A model generated the notes under the pieces. The model searched no databases and was not told the origin of the DNA. It saw only the letters and a program-made list of their open reading frames with translations. A program made the translations under genes and the position numbers. Below, piece after piece: positions 31,410-40,961 of a stretch of 64,000 bases of DNA. This DNA is from an uncultured Spirochaetales bacterium (GTDB lineage Bacteria; Spirochaetota; Spirochaetia; DSM-27196; DATKUC01), in the NCBI GenBank assembly GCA_964553615.1, contig CAZKMA010000008.1, forward strand, positions 27,667 through 91,666, given 5' to 3'. Within the stretch, counting starts at the first letter, position 1, and every line of letters begins with the position of its first letter.

Positions 31410-33331
31410 TGAGCTGCCGACCCTTTTTCGGCGGATGACGGGATGAATCGCTTTATGTCCACTGACCCGTTCAAACGGCCATTCAATTCCGTTGAGAAGA
31501 GTCTGCGAACATTCTCTGCACCAATTATCATATCTTTGATGTCCACCCTGCCGTCACCATTGAGGTCCCATGCAAGACTCTTCTGAGGCGTAATCTGCTG
31601 AAAGAAGTCCGGAACTCCGTCCTGATTTTCATCCACCGCGAGATAGGAAACCTTCCCTTGAGCGTAAAACTCGCTTTCGTCGAAATACCCGTTACCGTTC
31701 AGATCGCGTATGCCGGCAATCGGCTCACCGTCCCGGTACTCCACCACTTCGTCGACCGTGCCGCTCCGTGGATTGCTCCGCGCCATGAGATATGGCAGTC
31801 CATCCCGAAGGAAGAAAACACGACTCACGCTGTCCGCACCGCCGGACCACGCAACGACTTGAGAAGAGATCTTCATGACCTGCTCTTCATCGACTGTTTG
31901 CTGAAAATCGCCCACCGAAATGTGATCCAGAACTCCGGCACCTCCGGCCGGCAGCACGTATCCCTTTGAAAAGAATGGAACCTCCAGACGTCCAGGCCGA
32001 ACAGAATAGAAGACACGATCCCCTGCGGTGCCCTTCATGGTCGAACTGGCAAACTCAACGGATCGAACGCGGGGATACTGTTCGTACTGGATACGCATCG
32101 TCCCGGTATCCGTCTCGGTCGAGAGAGAAATAATCTTCCCGTCTGAAAAACGGGCGGAACGTTCCGGGATACCGTCTTGATTTTCATCCTGCTGCCACCG
32201 TACGAGTACCCCGTGTGCGTACGTCAATTTCTGCTCAAAGAAACCGTCTCCGTTTTCATCAACGCCCAGGTTACCGCTGAACCCCGATACCATACCTGTC
32301 AACGTTTTTTTCGCCGCGGGATCGGTAAGGCGTGCTGCGAGCAACTGAACGGCGGACGCGGAAGCTGAGTCAATTCCGGAGCCAGGAGTCGTTCCCGGCG
32401 GCAAGCCGCCGGCATCGATAAGGCCCTTCAACGCTTCGCTGTCCGTCTTATCCTGGCCCGCCGCGAATGCCCACGCCTCCGCTGCGTTCCCACCGTGGGA
32501 AAAATAGAGGTCGAGCATCTGTTTGCGCAATGCGCCATCGGTCAGACGCCGTATATAGTCGAGAAGAAACGATAGATACTCCGGGTTGTCCGAACCGTGT
32601 TGTTCCAACCACGATGTGGTGCCAAGACTCGGTACCGGGTCGAGCAACATGCGGGCGTGCATGAGCGGTGCTGATTCCGGAAAAAGCTCGAGCCCTCGGA
32701 CAAGAAGCGCTCGAGCCTGCCCATTCCGCCCCGCACCTTCGAGCAGTCTCGCGAGCGTGGCAATGAAGGCGGGTTGTGCCTCCGGGGTAAGGACGTCCTG
32801 CGGCTTTCCTTCGGCTCCATCCCCGCTTATGAGCGAACGATCCGGAGTCTGCCGGTATCGCGCCGCATCCACGTAGGTACGTCCGGTATAGCGATCAAGA
32901 AGCGCAACGCCACGGTCGTACCGCTTGGTTTGAAGATAGAGGTTTCCGAGCTCAATTGCACAGTCGGAAGCGAGATACGAATGAAATTCATCAAGATTGA
33001 GTGCTGTTTCCAGCTGGGTTATGGCTTCTGCTCCGGTCGACTGATTTCTGGAAAGAATCTTCCCCAGAAGAAAATGTGGATCGGAGTTGGTTGGATTATA
33101 CTCCAGGGCTATCCGGAGAAGAGACGTGGATTCTGCAGGCTTTCCGGCGCGATAGAGGTCTTGCGCGCTGCGAAAATAGAGTTCTCCGACTCCGGAGGCA
33201 ACACTCTGAACCGTTCCGTGCGCTGGCGTCTCCTGTGAAAATGCCCGGGTCAGCCCGGGAACCAGAGCCAGAGATGCCAGAATAATCCATCCTCTCACAA
33301 ACACTCTTCGATTGGATTTCAACAAACTCAC
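31406..33331 (-). CDS. Secreted TPR-repeat protein with C-terminal DxNxDG calcium-binding-type repeats
   Basis: 641 aa with a signal peptide and TPR-like N-terminal half. There are five Dx[ND]xDG motifs (DENGDGFFE, DENQDGIPE, DLNGNGYFD, DENQDGVPD, DLNGDGRVD). It has 4-nt overlaps with both neighbouring genes. Confidence 0.55.
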   Translation of the reverse strand: MSLLKSNRRVFVRGWIILASLALVPGLTRAFSQETPAHGTVQSVASGVGELYFRSAQDLYRAGKPAESTSLLRIALEYNPTNSDPHFLLGKILSRNQSTGAEAITQLETALNLDEFHSYLASDCAIELGNLYLQTKRYDRGVALLDRYTGRTYVDAARYRQTPDRSLISGDGAEGKPQDVLTPEAQPAFIATLARLLEGAGRNGQARALLVRGLELFPESAPLMHARMLLDPVPSLGTTSWLEQHGSDNPEYLSFLLDYIRRLTDGALRKQMLDLYFSHGGNAAEAWAFAAGQDKTDSEALKGLIDAGGLPPGTTPGSGIDSASASAVQLLAARLTDPAAKKTLTGMVSGFSGNLGVDENGDGFFEQKLTYAHGVLVRWQQDENQDGIPERSARFSDGKIISLSTETDTGTMRIQYEQYPRVRSVEFASSTMKGTAGDRVFYSVRPGRLEVPFFSKGYVLPAGGAGVLDHISVGDFQQTVDEEQVMKISSQVVAWSGGADSVSRVFFLRDGLPYLMARSNPRSGTVDEVVEYRDGEPIAGIRDLNGNGYFDESEFYAQGKVSYLAVDENQDGVPDFFQQITPQKSLAWDLNGDGRVDIKDMIIGAENVRRLFSTELNGRLNGSVDIKRFIPSSAEKGSAAQ

Positions 33332-35256
33332 CCGTTGCCGACGCCACTTCTTCCGCCTGCGTCAGCATTCTGACCCGCGACCTCCGTTTTCCCATCAAAT
33401 GGATCAGGCACGTTGTCCATCTGGAGGCCAAGAAGCACTCTCACTTCTTCATCGGTCAGAGTCTCCTTTTCCACAAGTGCGTTGGCAAGGATGTGAAGCT
33501 GATCCTCGTGTTCACGCAGAATCCCCTCCGCCTCCTGAAAGCAGCTGTTCAATACTCCATGGACCGCCGCGTCGATTCTCTTTGCGGTCTCCTCGGAATA
33601 ATCCTTGTGGCGTGCGATCTCTTTCCCGATGAAGATCGGCTCATCTTCCTGGCCAAAGGCGATGGGACCAATATCGCTCATCCCCCATTGGGTAACCATC
33701 TTACGTGCAATATCGGTCGCCTGGGTAAGATCGTTCTGTGTCCCCGTGGTTGTCTCCCCGTAGATGATGGTCTCCGCTATGTATCCGCCATATGCTATGC
33801 GGATCCTATCGGTCAACCACCCCTCACCGCGGCTGTATGTGTCTTCTTCCGGGATCGAGATGGCTACACCGAGCGCGCGGCCACGCGGCACTACGGTGAC
33901 TTTGTGCAGCGGATCCGCATTCTTCAGGTAATAGTGGAGAAGCGCATGTCCCGCCTCATGGTAGGCGGTCGCCTTCTTTTCGCGCGGAGATATGACCTTG
34001 GACTTGCGGGCGACACCCATAAGCATTTTGTCCCGAGAATCCTCGAAATCGGGCACGTCGACGACCTCATTGTTCCGGCTTGCCGCCGACAATGCCGCTT
34101 CGTTGACAAGATTCGCCAGGTCGGCCCCGGAGGCTCCAGGGGTCGCCCGGGCAACACGATGCAGATCAACGTTTGCCGAAAGCGGGACCTTCGCCGCGTG
34201 GATCTTCAGGATTGCTTCTCGTTCGTTCAGATCCGGCATGTCAACGACAATCTGGCGATCGAATCGACCGGGTCGCAGCAGCGCAGGATCCAGGACGTCC
34301 GGACGGTTGGTGGCGGCAAGCACGATGACACCATCTTTCGTGTCAAACCCATCCATCTCAACAAGCATTTGATTCAGTGTCTGTTCCCGCTCGTCGTGAC
34401 CTCCACCGTATCCGGCTCCGCGCGTCCTGCCAACCGCGTCGAGCTCGTCGATAAACAGAATGCAGGGAGCGCTCTTGCGGCCCTGCTCAAACAGGTCCCG
34501 AACCCGACTGGCACCGACGCCGACAAACATTTCAACGAAATCCGAACCGGACATGTGAAAGAACGCAACATTGGCCTCTCCGGCACACGCTCGCGCAAGA
34601 AGCGTTTTTCCGGTACCCGGCATTCCTACAAGCAATACGCCCTTCGGTATCTTGGCGCCCATCCGGGTGAACTTTGCAGGGTTCTTGAGAAATTCCACCA
34701 CTTCCTGAAGCTCGGACTTCGCTTCGCGCTGGCCCGCAACGTCATCAAACGTAATGCGGGTGCCTCCCTCAGTCACCCTCTTGGCCCGGCTCTTGCCGAA
34801 GGAAAACGCCTTGTTTCCGTTTCCCTGGACCTGCCGAAACATGAACCAGATGAACAGAAACCCTACAATCCACGGTAGAAGTTCCAGAGCAACACGCCAG
34901 GGCGAAATTTGTCGCGGCGCTCCCGAAAAAGTCACGCCGTGCGCACGCAACTTGTCGATCAATGAGTTGTCGGAGTACGGGATGGTTGTCCTGAACTGGA
35001 CCATCCCCCCCCCAGTACTCTTGTATGTCCCATGAATTTCAGATTGATCCACAATCCGCACACTATCTACCTGGCCCTTGTCCAGATAGGTCAGAAACTG
35101 GGAGTAGTCGATGATCGTTCCGGGATCCTTGTTGTCCGAAAAGAGAAGAATCATGAACATTCCGAGAATCGCAAGCAGAAAGAAAAGGGCGATCCTGTTG
35201 TGGCGGAAGTTGAACTTCATCTGACCGGGATCCTTTTGATCGTCCTGCATAGACAT
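33328..35256 (-). CDS. ftsH: ATP-dependent zinc metalloprotease FtsH
   Basis: 642 aa with two TM segments, an AAA+ module ([19 protein letters not shown]) and HEAGH zinc-binding motif. Confidence 0.95.
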   Translation of the reverse strand: MSMQDDQKDPGQMKFNFRHNRIALFFLLAILGMFMILLFSDNKDPGTIIDYSQFLTYLDKGQVDSVRIVDQSEIHGTYKSTGGGMVQFRTTIPYSDNSLIDKLRAHGVTFSGAPRQISPWRVALELLPWIVGFLFIWFMFRQVQGNGNKAFSFGKSRAKRVTEGGTRITFDDVAGQREAKSELQEVVEFLKNPAKFTRMGAKIPKGVLLVGMPGTGKTLLARACAGEANVAFFHMSGSDFVEMFVGVGASRVRDLFEQGRKSAPCILFIDELDAVGRTRGAGYGGGHDEREQTLNQMLVEMDGFDTKDGVIVLAATNRPDVLDPALLRPGRFDRQIVVDMPDLNEREAILKIHAAKVPLSANVDLHRVARATPGASGADLANLVNEAALSAASRNNEVVDVPDFEDSRDKMLMGVARKSKVISPREKKATAYHEAGHALLHYYLKNADPLHKVTVVPRGRALGVAISIPEEDTYSRGEGWLTDRIRIAYGGYIAETIIYGETTTGTQNDLTQATDIARKMVTQWGMSDIGPIAFGQEDEPIFIGKEIARHKDYSEETAKRIDAAVHGVLNSCFQEAEGILREHEDQLHILANALVEKETLTDEEVRVLLGLQMDNVPDPFDGKTEVAGQNADAGGRSGVGNG

Positions 35257-35261
35257 CTACC

Positions 35262-36707
35262 TCACCGGAGCACAATTGCCGTGGCAGGGACGGGACTACC
35301 CGGAACCTGTGGCGGTACTCTTCGAGAAATTATGGTTTTGCCACCGAACGGTGCAGCCAATACGGCAATAATACCCTCTCTGTCAACAATAATCGGCACA
35401 TCATCCCGCTGAACTGCCGATATTCCCAAATCTGAGAGGATTTTCTTCACGGATTTCGTTCCTGAACTGGTCGATATCGCATCACCCGGGCGGCGAGACC
35501 GGATTACCAGCGGAGGTCGGATCAGAGACGCCGGCACAAGAGCTCCGGGAAAAGCTCTGGCGCCTTCGCCATACGGAGACTGACCGGAATATCGCTCGAC
35601 CTTCAGGGTATGATTTCCCACCATCCACTCTGCGGTACCCCGTTCGGGCACGCATAGAAGATACCCACTTTTCCGGTCCTCAACAACATCGGCCTCCCAG
35701 AAAAGATTCTCGCCTTCTATCCGCAGGACAAGACCATATCCACGAAGCAATAGCCCCCGATTGTTCATGACTGGCATCGACGCAAAAAGGATCGGCCGGA
35801 GAAAGCGATAGGGAATTCGCTGTGGAAAAGTGTTGTCATGGTTCGACGCAAGGAGGTTTGCCACTCTATACAACGACGAAAGACGTATAGCAGGATTCGC
35901 GCGTAAAAACGGAGCCAATTCAGTTCGATAGCCGCCGGATGTGCGAACCCACCGAATTTCTTTGTCGGCTTCACGCTGAAGATACTCATCGGAGAATGAA
36001 GCCTTCTCAGCAAGTGCCTGGAGCGAATCGCGGTACGACGGGAAAACCGATTCGATTGCGGGAATCACTGTGCGGCGAATCGCATTCCGGAGCATCCTCT
36101 CAGACCGATTCGATGAGTCCTCAATCCATTCCACTTTCCGTTCAATCAGAAAGGTCCGCAGATCCTCTCTGGATACCGAAAGCAGAGGTCGGATGATCCG
36201 CCCTCTTCGCTCCGGCATTCCGGAAAGCCCGCCGGCGGAGGCACCCTGCAGCACGCGCATCAGGACTGTTTCGGCCTGATCGTCGCTGTGATGTCCGGTT
36301 GCAATGAATTCCAGTCCGTAATCCCGCCTGACAGATTCGAGCACACTGTAGCGAATCCGACGCGCTGCCGCTTCAATTCCAACACCGTCTCTGCGCGCCG
36401 CATCTTCGATCGCCCCGCGCTCAATCGTGCGCACTTCGAGCGCCACGCCGACGGCCGAACACAGTGAAGTGACATGGGCAATTTCCCGATCCAGCTCGTC
36501 TCGTCGCCGAAGATTGTGGTCGACATATGCGGCGACAAGCTGAAGCTGCAGATCGGACGCGGACGATTCCAGCAGGGCAAGCAACAGCGCGGTACTGTCG
36601 GCCCCTCCCGAGAGTGCAACCAGTACACCCGCGTTCCCGGCCGGATGGTGCTTCTTGAAGAAACTAAGAATTGAGTCTGCCGGATTCCCGCGTCTTTGTG
36701 TTGACAT
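35262..36707 (-). CDS. tilS: tRNA(Ile)-lysidine synthase TilS
   Basis: 481 aa with the PP-loop VALSGGADS, located upstream of ftsH as in many bacteria. The annotated start overlaps pth by 44 nt. Confidence 0.8.
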   Translation of the reverse strand: MSTQRRGNPADSILSFFKKHHPAGNAGVLVALSGGADSTALLLALLESSASDLQLQLVAAYVDHNLRRRDELDREIAHVTSLCSAVGVALEVRTIERGAIEDAARRDGVGIEAAARRIRYSVLESVRRDYGLEFIATGHHSDDQAETVLMRVLQGASAGGLSGMPERRGRIIRPLLSVSREDLRTFLIERKVEWIEDSSNRSERMLRNAIRRTVIPAIESVFPSYRDSLQALAEKASFSDEYLQREADKEIRWVRTSGGYRTELAPFLRANPAIRLSSLYRVANLLASNHDNTFPQRIPYRFLRPILFASMPVMNNRGLLLRGYGLVLRIEGENLFWEADVVEDRKSGYLLCVPERGTAEWMVGNHTLKVERYSGQSPYGEGARAFPGALVPASLIRPPLVIRSRRPGDAISTSSGTKSVKKILSDLGISAVQRDDVPIIVDREGIIAVLAAPFGGKTIISRRVPPQVPGSPVPATAIVLR

Positions 36708-37254
36708 TGTTCATGACATCCTGGACCGAACCGGCGGTAAGAGCAAGGAGCGCATCGGCACCGTCGCTCACTGCCCTTCTCATGATTTCGGAATCCTCCG
36801 GACCAAATTCTCCAAGCACATAATCGATGACCTCTTCCCTGGAATCGGGGCGGCCGATGCCGATGTACAGACGCAGAAAATCCCTGCATCCTGTTTCGTC
36901 TATTATCGATCGCAACCCGCGGTGCCCGGCGTGAGATCCGCCCCGCTTCAATCGCAGTGCACCGGACGGGAGGTCCAGCGTATCACACACAACCACCACT
37001 GAGTCCGCCGTCTCTCCGGTTACCCGAAGGACGGTACGAACAGCAACTCCCGACCGGTTCATATAGGTCAACGGCAGGACCAGAGTAATCTCGGTGTGTT
37101 CTCGGGAAGTTTCTGCAATCCGATACGGACGAAACAGCGGTTTGCGAAAAGACAACCGGAGACGCGACGCAACCTCGTCCATTACCATGAATCCGACGTT
37201 GTGCCGCGTCCGGGCATATTCCGGCCCCGGATTTCCGAGGCCAACCAGGACCAT
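36664..37254 (-). CDS. pth: Peptidyl-tRNA hydrolase
   Basis: 196 aa with the N-terminal signature LVGLGNPGPEYARTRHNVGF. Confidence 0.9.
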   Translation of the reverse strand: MVLVGLGNPGPEYARTRHNVGFMVMDEVASRLRLSFRKPLFRPYRIAETSREHTEITLVLPLTYMNRSGVAVRTVLRVTGETADSVVVVCDTLDLPSGALRLKRGGSHAGHRGLRSIIDETGCRDFLRLYIGIGRPDSREEVIDYVLGEFGPEDSEIMRRAVSDGADALLALTAGSVQDVMNNVNTKTRESGRLNS

Positions 37255-37263
37255 AACTTGGGA

Positions 37264-37890
37264 TCAGTCCTCTGGTGTCTCTGCGACGGCCTCGCCGACA
37301 GGTGCCTCAACGGCCTCCTCGACAACCTCCGCAACAACTTCCGCCTTCGGATGTGCAACGGTCACAATGACCTGATCCGCGGAATGAAGAATTCGAACAT
37401 TATTCATTGTCGCAATGTCGGATATGTGTATCGAATTACCGATTGCCAGTTCCGAGATATCAACGTCGATGTTCCCGGGAATGTCGCGCGGAAAACACTC
37501 AATCTCCACTTCGTGCAACAGTGACTCGAGAATACCACCCTCGCGTACACCCGGCGAATTACCGACGATATGCAGGGGGATGTGCGTCCGAAGCAGCCGG
37601 TCCCGTTCGATCTCATAAAAATCGATATGAACCAGGTTGCCGGTCATGAGGTCTTCCTGATAGTCCTTGACCAGAACGTCGTAGTCGCCATCTGAGGTCT
37701 TGATGGTGATGATCGTGTTTTCCGACATCGTCTTGAACTTCTGTCCGAATTCGCGCGCATCTATGGCAATAGGGTGGCTTTTTTTGTGCCCATATACTAT
37801 TGCAGGAATTTTCCCGTTCTTCCGGAGTCGACCGACCGGCCCTTTGCCGATTTCAGTCCGTACGGCTGCCTGGAGTATCTTCTGCTCCAT
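37264..37890 (-). CDS. ctc: Ribosomal protein L25 / general stress protein Ctc
   Basis: 208 aa. The L25 N-domain shows GKIPAIVYG, followed by a Ctc C-domain and an acidic tail. Confidence 0.85.
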   Translation of the reverse strand: MEQKILQAAVRTEIGKGPVGRLRKNGKIPAIVYGHKKSHPIAIDAREFGQKFKTMSENTIITIKTSDGDYDVLVKDYQEDLMTGNLVHIDFYEIERDRLLRTHIPLHIVGNSPGVREGGILESLLHEVEIECFPRDIPGNIDVDISELAIGNSIHISDIATMNNVRILHSADQVIVTVAHPKAEVVAEVVEEAVEAPVGEAVAETPED

Positions 37891-37944
37891 CTAAAAGCTC
37901 CTTCTTACCAAACTCAATCCGGGCCGAGAGCCCAAGATCTATAA

Positions 37945-38017
37945 CTGGGACGGCAGGATTCGAACCTGCGAAATGCCGGGATCAAAACCCGGTGGCTTAC
38001 CGCTTGCCGACGTCCCA
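37945..38017 (-). tRNA. tRNA-Gln (TTG)
   Basis: 73 nt. The acceptor is TGGGACG/CGTCCCA (U1-A72), the anticodon stem is CCGGG/CCCGG with loop TTTTGAT, and the T-loop is GGTTCGAATCC. It closely resembles canonical bacterial tRNA-Gln. Confidence 0.85.
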
Positions 38018-38054
38018 ATGTTCATTGCGTTAGTCCTGTCCGGGCGGGCCACAA

Positions 38055-38354
38055 TTACGCTTCATCCACCTCAACCGAGCCCGATGCCGCATCATCTACG
38101 TCATCCGCATTCGCGTACGCGTCCAGGATGCGTTCCTGGAGCATTGTGCGAAAATCAGAATGGATTGGATGTGCTACGTCTTTGTACTCACCCGTTTTTG
38201 TCTTGCGACTCGGCATAGCAATAAAGACCCCCGTTTTCCCTTCGATGACCTTTACATTGTGCACAACAAAACAGTCATCAAAAGTAACCGTGACATAGGC
38301 CTTCAGTTTGCCTTCCGAGTTCACCTTTCTGATCCGGATATCTGTGATCTGCAT
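38055..38354 (-). CDS. spoVG: Septation/regulatory protein SpoVG
   Basis: [11 protein letters not shown]...[23 protein letters not shown]...FIAMPSRK. The ATG at 38354 is preceded by a GGAAGGAG RBS. Confidence 0.9.
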   Translation of the reverse strand: MQITDIRIRKVNSEGKLKAYVTVTFDDCFVVHNVKVIEGKTGVFIAMPSRKTKTGEYKDVAHPIHSDFRTMLQERILDAYANADDVDDAASGSVEVDEA

Positions 38355-38987
38355 TTGACGCTCCTTCCACACCCCGTTCAGCCAATTGTGCCGATCGGTC
38401 CCTTCGAACAAACTTTTTCAAACCACTTCTGCATTGCTTCGGCACCGCAGAAAGCAGCCAAATCCCCCAGACTACACTACTGCCAGGCCAGTGGCAGTCG
38501 ACACTCATCAAACATGAGCCATCGCAGAACCGTTCTATGACACTTCACATTCGTGCGGTTCGCCCGCAGGAAATGGTCCCCTCCATACGCAACGGTTGTG
38601 CAATATGCCATGTCGCAGAAACCTGCCAAGATCATCAAAGCATTCAGTGCGCAGCCCAACCTCGACTGCCACTCCAGATGTTTGAGGGGGTCGTTACCGG
38701 ACCGTACCCCGTCCACAGATATCCAGTATATCAAAGAACACAGAGACTCAGGAATCTCCCCAGATCCCAGCTCCGATATGTGTTAGATCAATGTCGTCCG
38801 TCAGCACACCTATTATACCGATTATGGGCGAACTGTCAAACCTATCTCGCCCAACCGAATGCCGCAGGCACCTCCAGAACTCGCGCGAATATTCGCTCAC
38901 AATGTTTTCTCGGGCAAGTAAATACCATTTGACAGCCTCTTTTCGCTGGCCGTATAGTGTAGCTGTGACTCCTGCTCGAGAAGGGAG

Positions 38988-39017
38988 TTGACACTGCTGA
39001 TGTCTTGCCCGTAGATT
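38988..39017 (+). promoter_or_regulatory. Sigma-70-type promoter upstream of the acidic-protein gene
   Basis: TTGACA (38988-38993), an 18-nt spacer, then TAGATT (39012-39017). Confidence 0.4.
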
Positions 39018-39061
39018 TGGTGAAAAAATAAACGGCAATCGAATCAAGCGGAGGTACCCAT

Positions 39062-39331
39062 ATGACAGCATCAGAAACAGACGAGACGGAGATTGAAATG
39101 AGCATTTGGGGCATGTCGGACGATGACTATGAAGACGACGACTTTTTAGAGGAAGAAGAAGACTTTGACGACTACGAGGATGACTTCGAAGATGATGATT
39201 ACGATGATGATGAGGATGACGGCGACGACATTGACGACAGCTCGGACGATGATTTTGACGACTTTGACGACGACGATGACGACGACTTCGATGATGAAAT
39301 GGACTACGACGACGATGAGTCCGAAGAATAG
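39062..39331 (+). CDS. Hyper-acidic small protein (89 aa; 58 D/E, no K/R/H)
   Basis: ATG 7 nt after a GGAGG RBS (39050-39054), with its own promoter-like element. The unique N-terminal 19 aa are followed by D/E runs punctuated by F/Y. Confidence 0.6.
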   Translation: MTASETDETEIEMSIWGMSDDDYEDDDFLEEEEDFDDYEDDFEDDDYDDDEDDGDDIDDSSDDDFDDFDDDDDDDFDDEMDYDDDESEE

Positions 39332-39388
39332 GAGCTCAGGTACCTCGAGCTTCCTGCTCCCCGGGCGTTTGCGCTGGCCCCTTGCCCC

Positions 39389-39805
39389 TTACACAACGGG
39401 GTCAGCCGTATTCCGATTTCCGCTGCCATTTCCTTCAAACAGCACATCACTTCCAAACCAGAGTCGCTCAAGGTCATAGAACTCGCGAGGCTCCTTCAGC
39501 ATGAGATGGACTACGATGGGCCCGCAGTCCAGGAGCACCCAGCCGTCTTCTGCAGGCCGCCTCTTGCCCCCTCGCGGACTCAAATCAAATCGATCAAGTA
39601 CTTCGTAGACCTGGCCCACCAAGCCGCGAAGATGCCCCTGGCTCCTCGCGGTCGTGATAACAAAATAGTCGGTAAAACTGCTCTTTTCTCCGACATACAG
39701 CGCGACCGTTCGACCACCCTGATGATCATCCAGAAAGTGTGCAATCTCGAGTGTGGCTTCCTTGGTAATCGTCTTGTTACTTAACATACCATCCATCAAA
39801 ATCAT
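39389..39805 (-). CDS. rsfS: Ribosomal silencing factor RsfS (Iojap-like)
   Basis: DYFVITTARSQGHLRGL...GWVLLDCGPIVVHLM...REFYDLERLW. The start could be 39805, 39796 or 39787. Confidence 0.85.
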   Translation of the reverse strand: MILMDGMLSNKTITKEATLEIAHFLDDHQGGRTVALYVGEKSSFTDYFVITTARSQGHLRGLVGQVYEVLDRFDLSPRGGKRRPAEDGWVLLDCGPIVVHLMLKEPREFYDLERLWFGSDVLFEGNGSGNRNTADPVV

Positions 39806-40961
39806 TTCCGAGAATTATCGTTACGTCAATGTTAGTGTTCTGCACATCCGGAGGCTGACGTACGATATCCTTCGCACGAATAATATCGGCAACGCGTTGA
39901 GCCGCGGCCTGATTACCCTTGTGGTCTATGACCTCCGTCCTGGGAACATCGGTTTGACCTGCATTGCCAATTATTACATTCTGGAATCCGTAGCTCTGGA
40001 ACAGTTCTTTCGTTCGTGCTGCCAGACCCGGTGTCGACGTTCCATTCAGAACCTGGAGCGTCAGACTTCCAATATCCGCAAAGGACATGTCCTGACTGTT
40101 CAAGCTCGCCTGAACCTGTCGAACCGCATCCTTCAGGAGCTGACCCTCAAAATACGGGAAGAGCAGCTTTTCACTCCCCGCAGTGCCTTCGACGGTCTTG
40201 AGATCTCCGAGAACCCGCTGTGAAATTATTCGCTCGTCCATGTGCGAAATCTCGTGGATGAATGACCGGAGCGCACGCCGGTCCATATTGGTGCCGATTC
40301 GGGAAGTCAGGAAAGGCAGGACGCGGTCGCTTGTGAGAAACGACGCCTTCTGGCCCATTCTTTTCAGAAAAGCCTGCATGATCTTCCGTTCACGCTCGAA
40401 CCGGTCGATGTTTTTCGTGGCCGATTCCCCATATGCAAGATAGGTCCCCACCTTGCTCCCATCGAGAATGACGTTTCCCGCGGGAAGCAGCGTGACGTTC
40501 CCGTTTGAAACATCGTTCACCGCATTCGGCAGAAACATCTCAAGCCCCCCCATCAGATCCGTCAGGCCCTGAAGATCCTTTGGACTCATTACCCAATAGA
40601 ACGGAATGTTGACGTTGAGAAGCGACTCAATCTTCTTCTTATACGCCTCCGCGCGCCCCTTCTTGTACAGGACATCTATGCGGTCCACACGATTCAACGA
40701 ACCTATCAGAGATCCCACATTACCCGGAACATCAAACAACGCCGCACGCCGTGTTACCGGGTTGTACAGAAACGCATCGGTAAAATCCGGCTTATCGCCG
40801 TTTGCAACAATAAACAGTACACGAACTTCCTTCTTTTCATCGAGCACCGACGTCACCTTGTCGGTACGAACCTGCATATAGAGAAAGAAACTCACTCCAA
40901 CCACAATCAACACGATGGACGCCAGGAGTATTGCCCCATTATCGATTCGCGCGCGCTTCAC
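39777..40961 (-). CDS. LytR-CpsA-Psr (LCP) family protein with a LytR_C domain
   Basis: 394 aa with an N-terminal TM anchor, an LCP core pattern and a C-terminal LytR_C-like block (LQVLNGTSTPGLAARTKELFQSYGFQNVIIGNAG). Confidence 0.65.
   Translation of the reverse strand: MKRARIDNGAILLASIVLIVVGVSFFLYMQVRTDKVTSVLDEKKEVRVLFIVANGDKPDFTDAFLYNPVTRRAALFDVPGNVGSLIGSLNRVDRIDVLYKKGRAEAYKKKIESLLNVNIPFYWVMSPKDLQGLTDLMGGLEMFLPNAVNDVSNGNVTLLPAGNVILDGSKVGTYLAYGESATKNIDRFERERKIMQAFLKRMGQKASFLTSDRVLPFLTSRIGTNMDRRALRSFIHEISHMDERIISQRVLGDLKTVEGTAGSEKLLFPYFEGQLLKDAVRQVQASLNSQDMSFADIGSLTLQVLNGTSTPGLAARTKELFQSYGFQNVIIGNAGQTDVPRTEVIDHKGNQAAAQRVADIIRAKDIVRQPPDVQNTNIDVTIILGNDFDGWYVK

Noticed and set aside
33493-34878. 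A 461-aa plus-strand ORF opposite ftsH.
   Set aside because: The ftsH frame is unambiguous (Walker A/B, HEAGH). The antisense frame has no start context and low-complexity composition.
35005-35013. A homopolymeric C9 (G9 on the coding strand) tract inside ftsH as a possible phase-variation switch.
   Set aside because: It encodes Gly-Gly-Gly in frame within an essential gene. Slippage would be lethal rather than regulatory. It is noted only as a sequencing-error or frameshift hotspot.
38420-38470. A GAAAGCAGCCA motif and a UUCG hairpin reminiscent of SRP RNA helix 8.
   Set aside because: The surrounding sequence cannot be folded into the conserved SRP domain IV (there is no GGAA/GNAR tetraloop with symmetric and asymmetric loops). 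It more likely belongs to the spoVG promoter/leader region.
39165-39479. An alternative-frame T/M-rich ORF (MTTTRMTSKMMITMMM...) overlapping the acidic-protein gene.
   Set aside because: It is a frame artefact of the GAY/GAR repeat DNA. It has no RBS, whereas the acidic frame has GGAGG at optimal spacing. I cannot fully exclude it without expression data.
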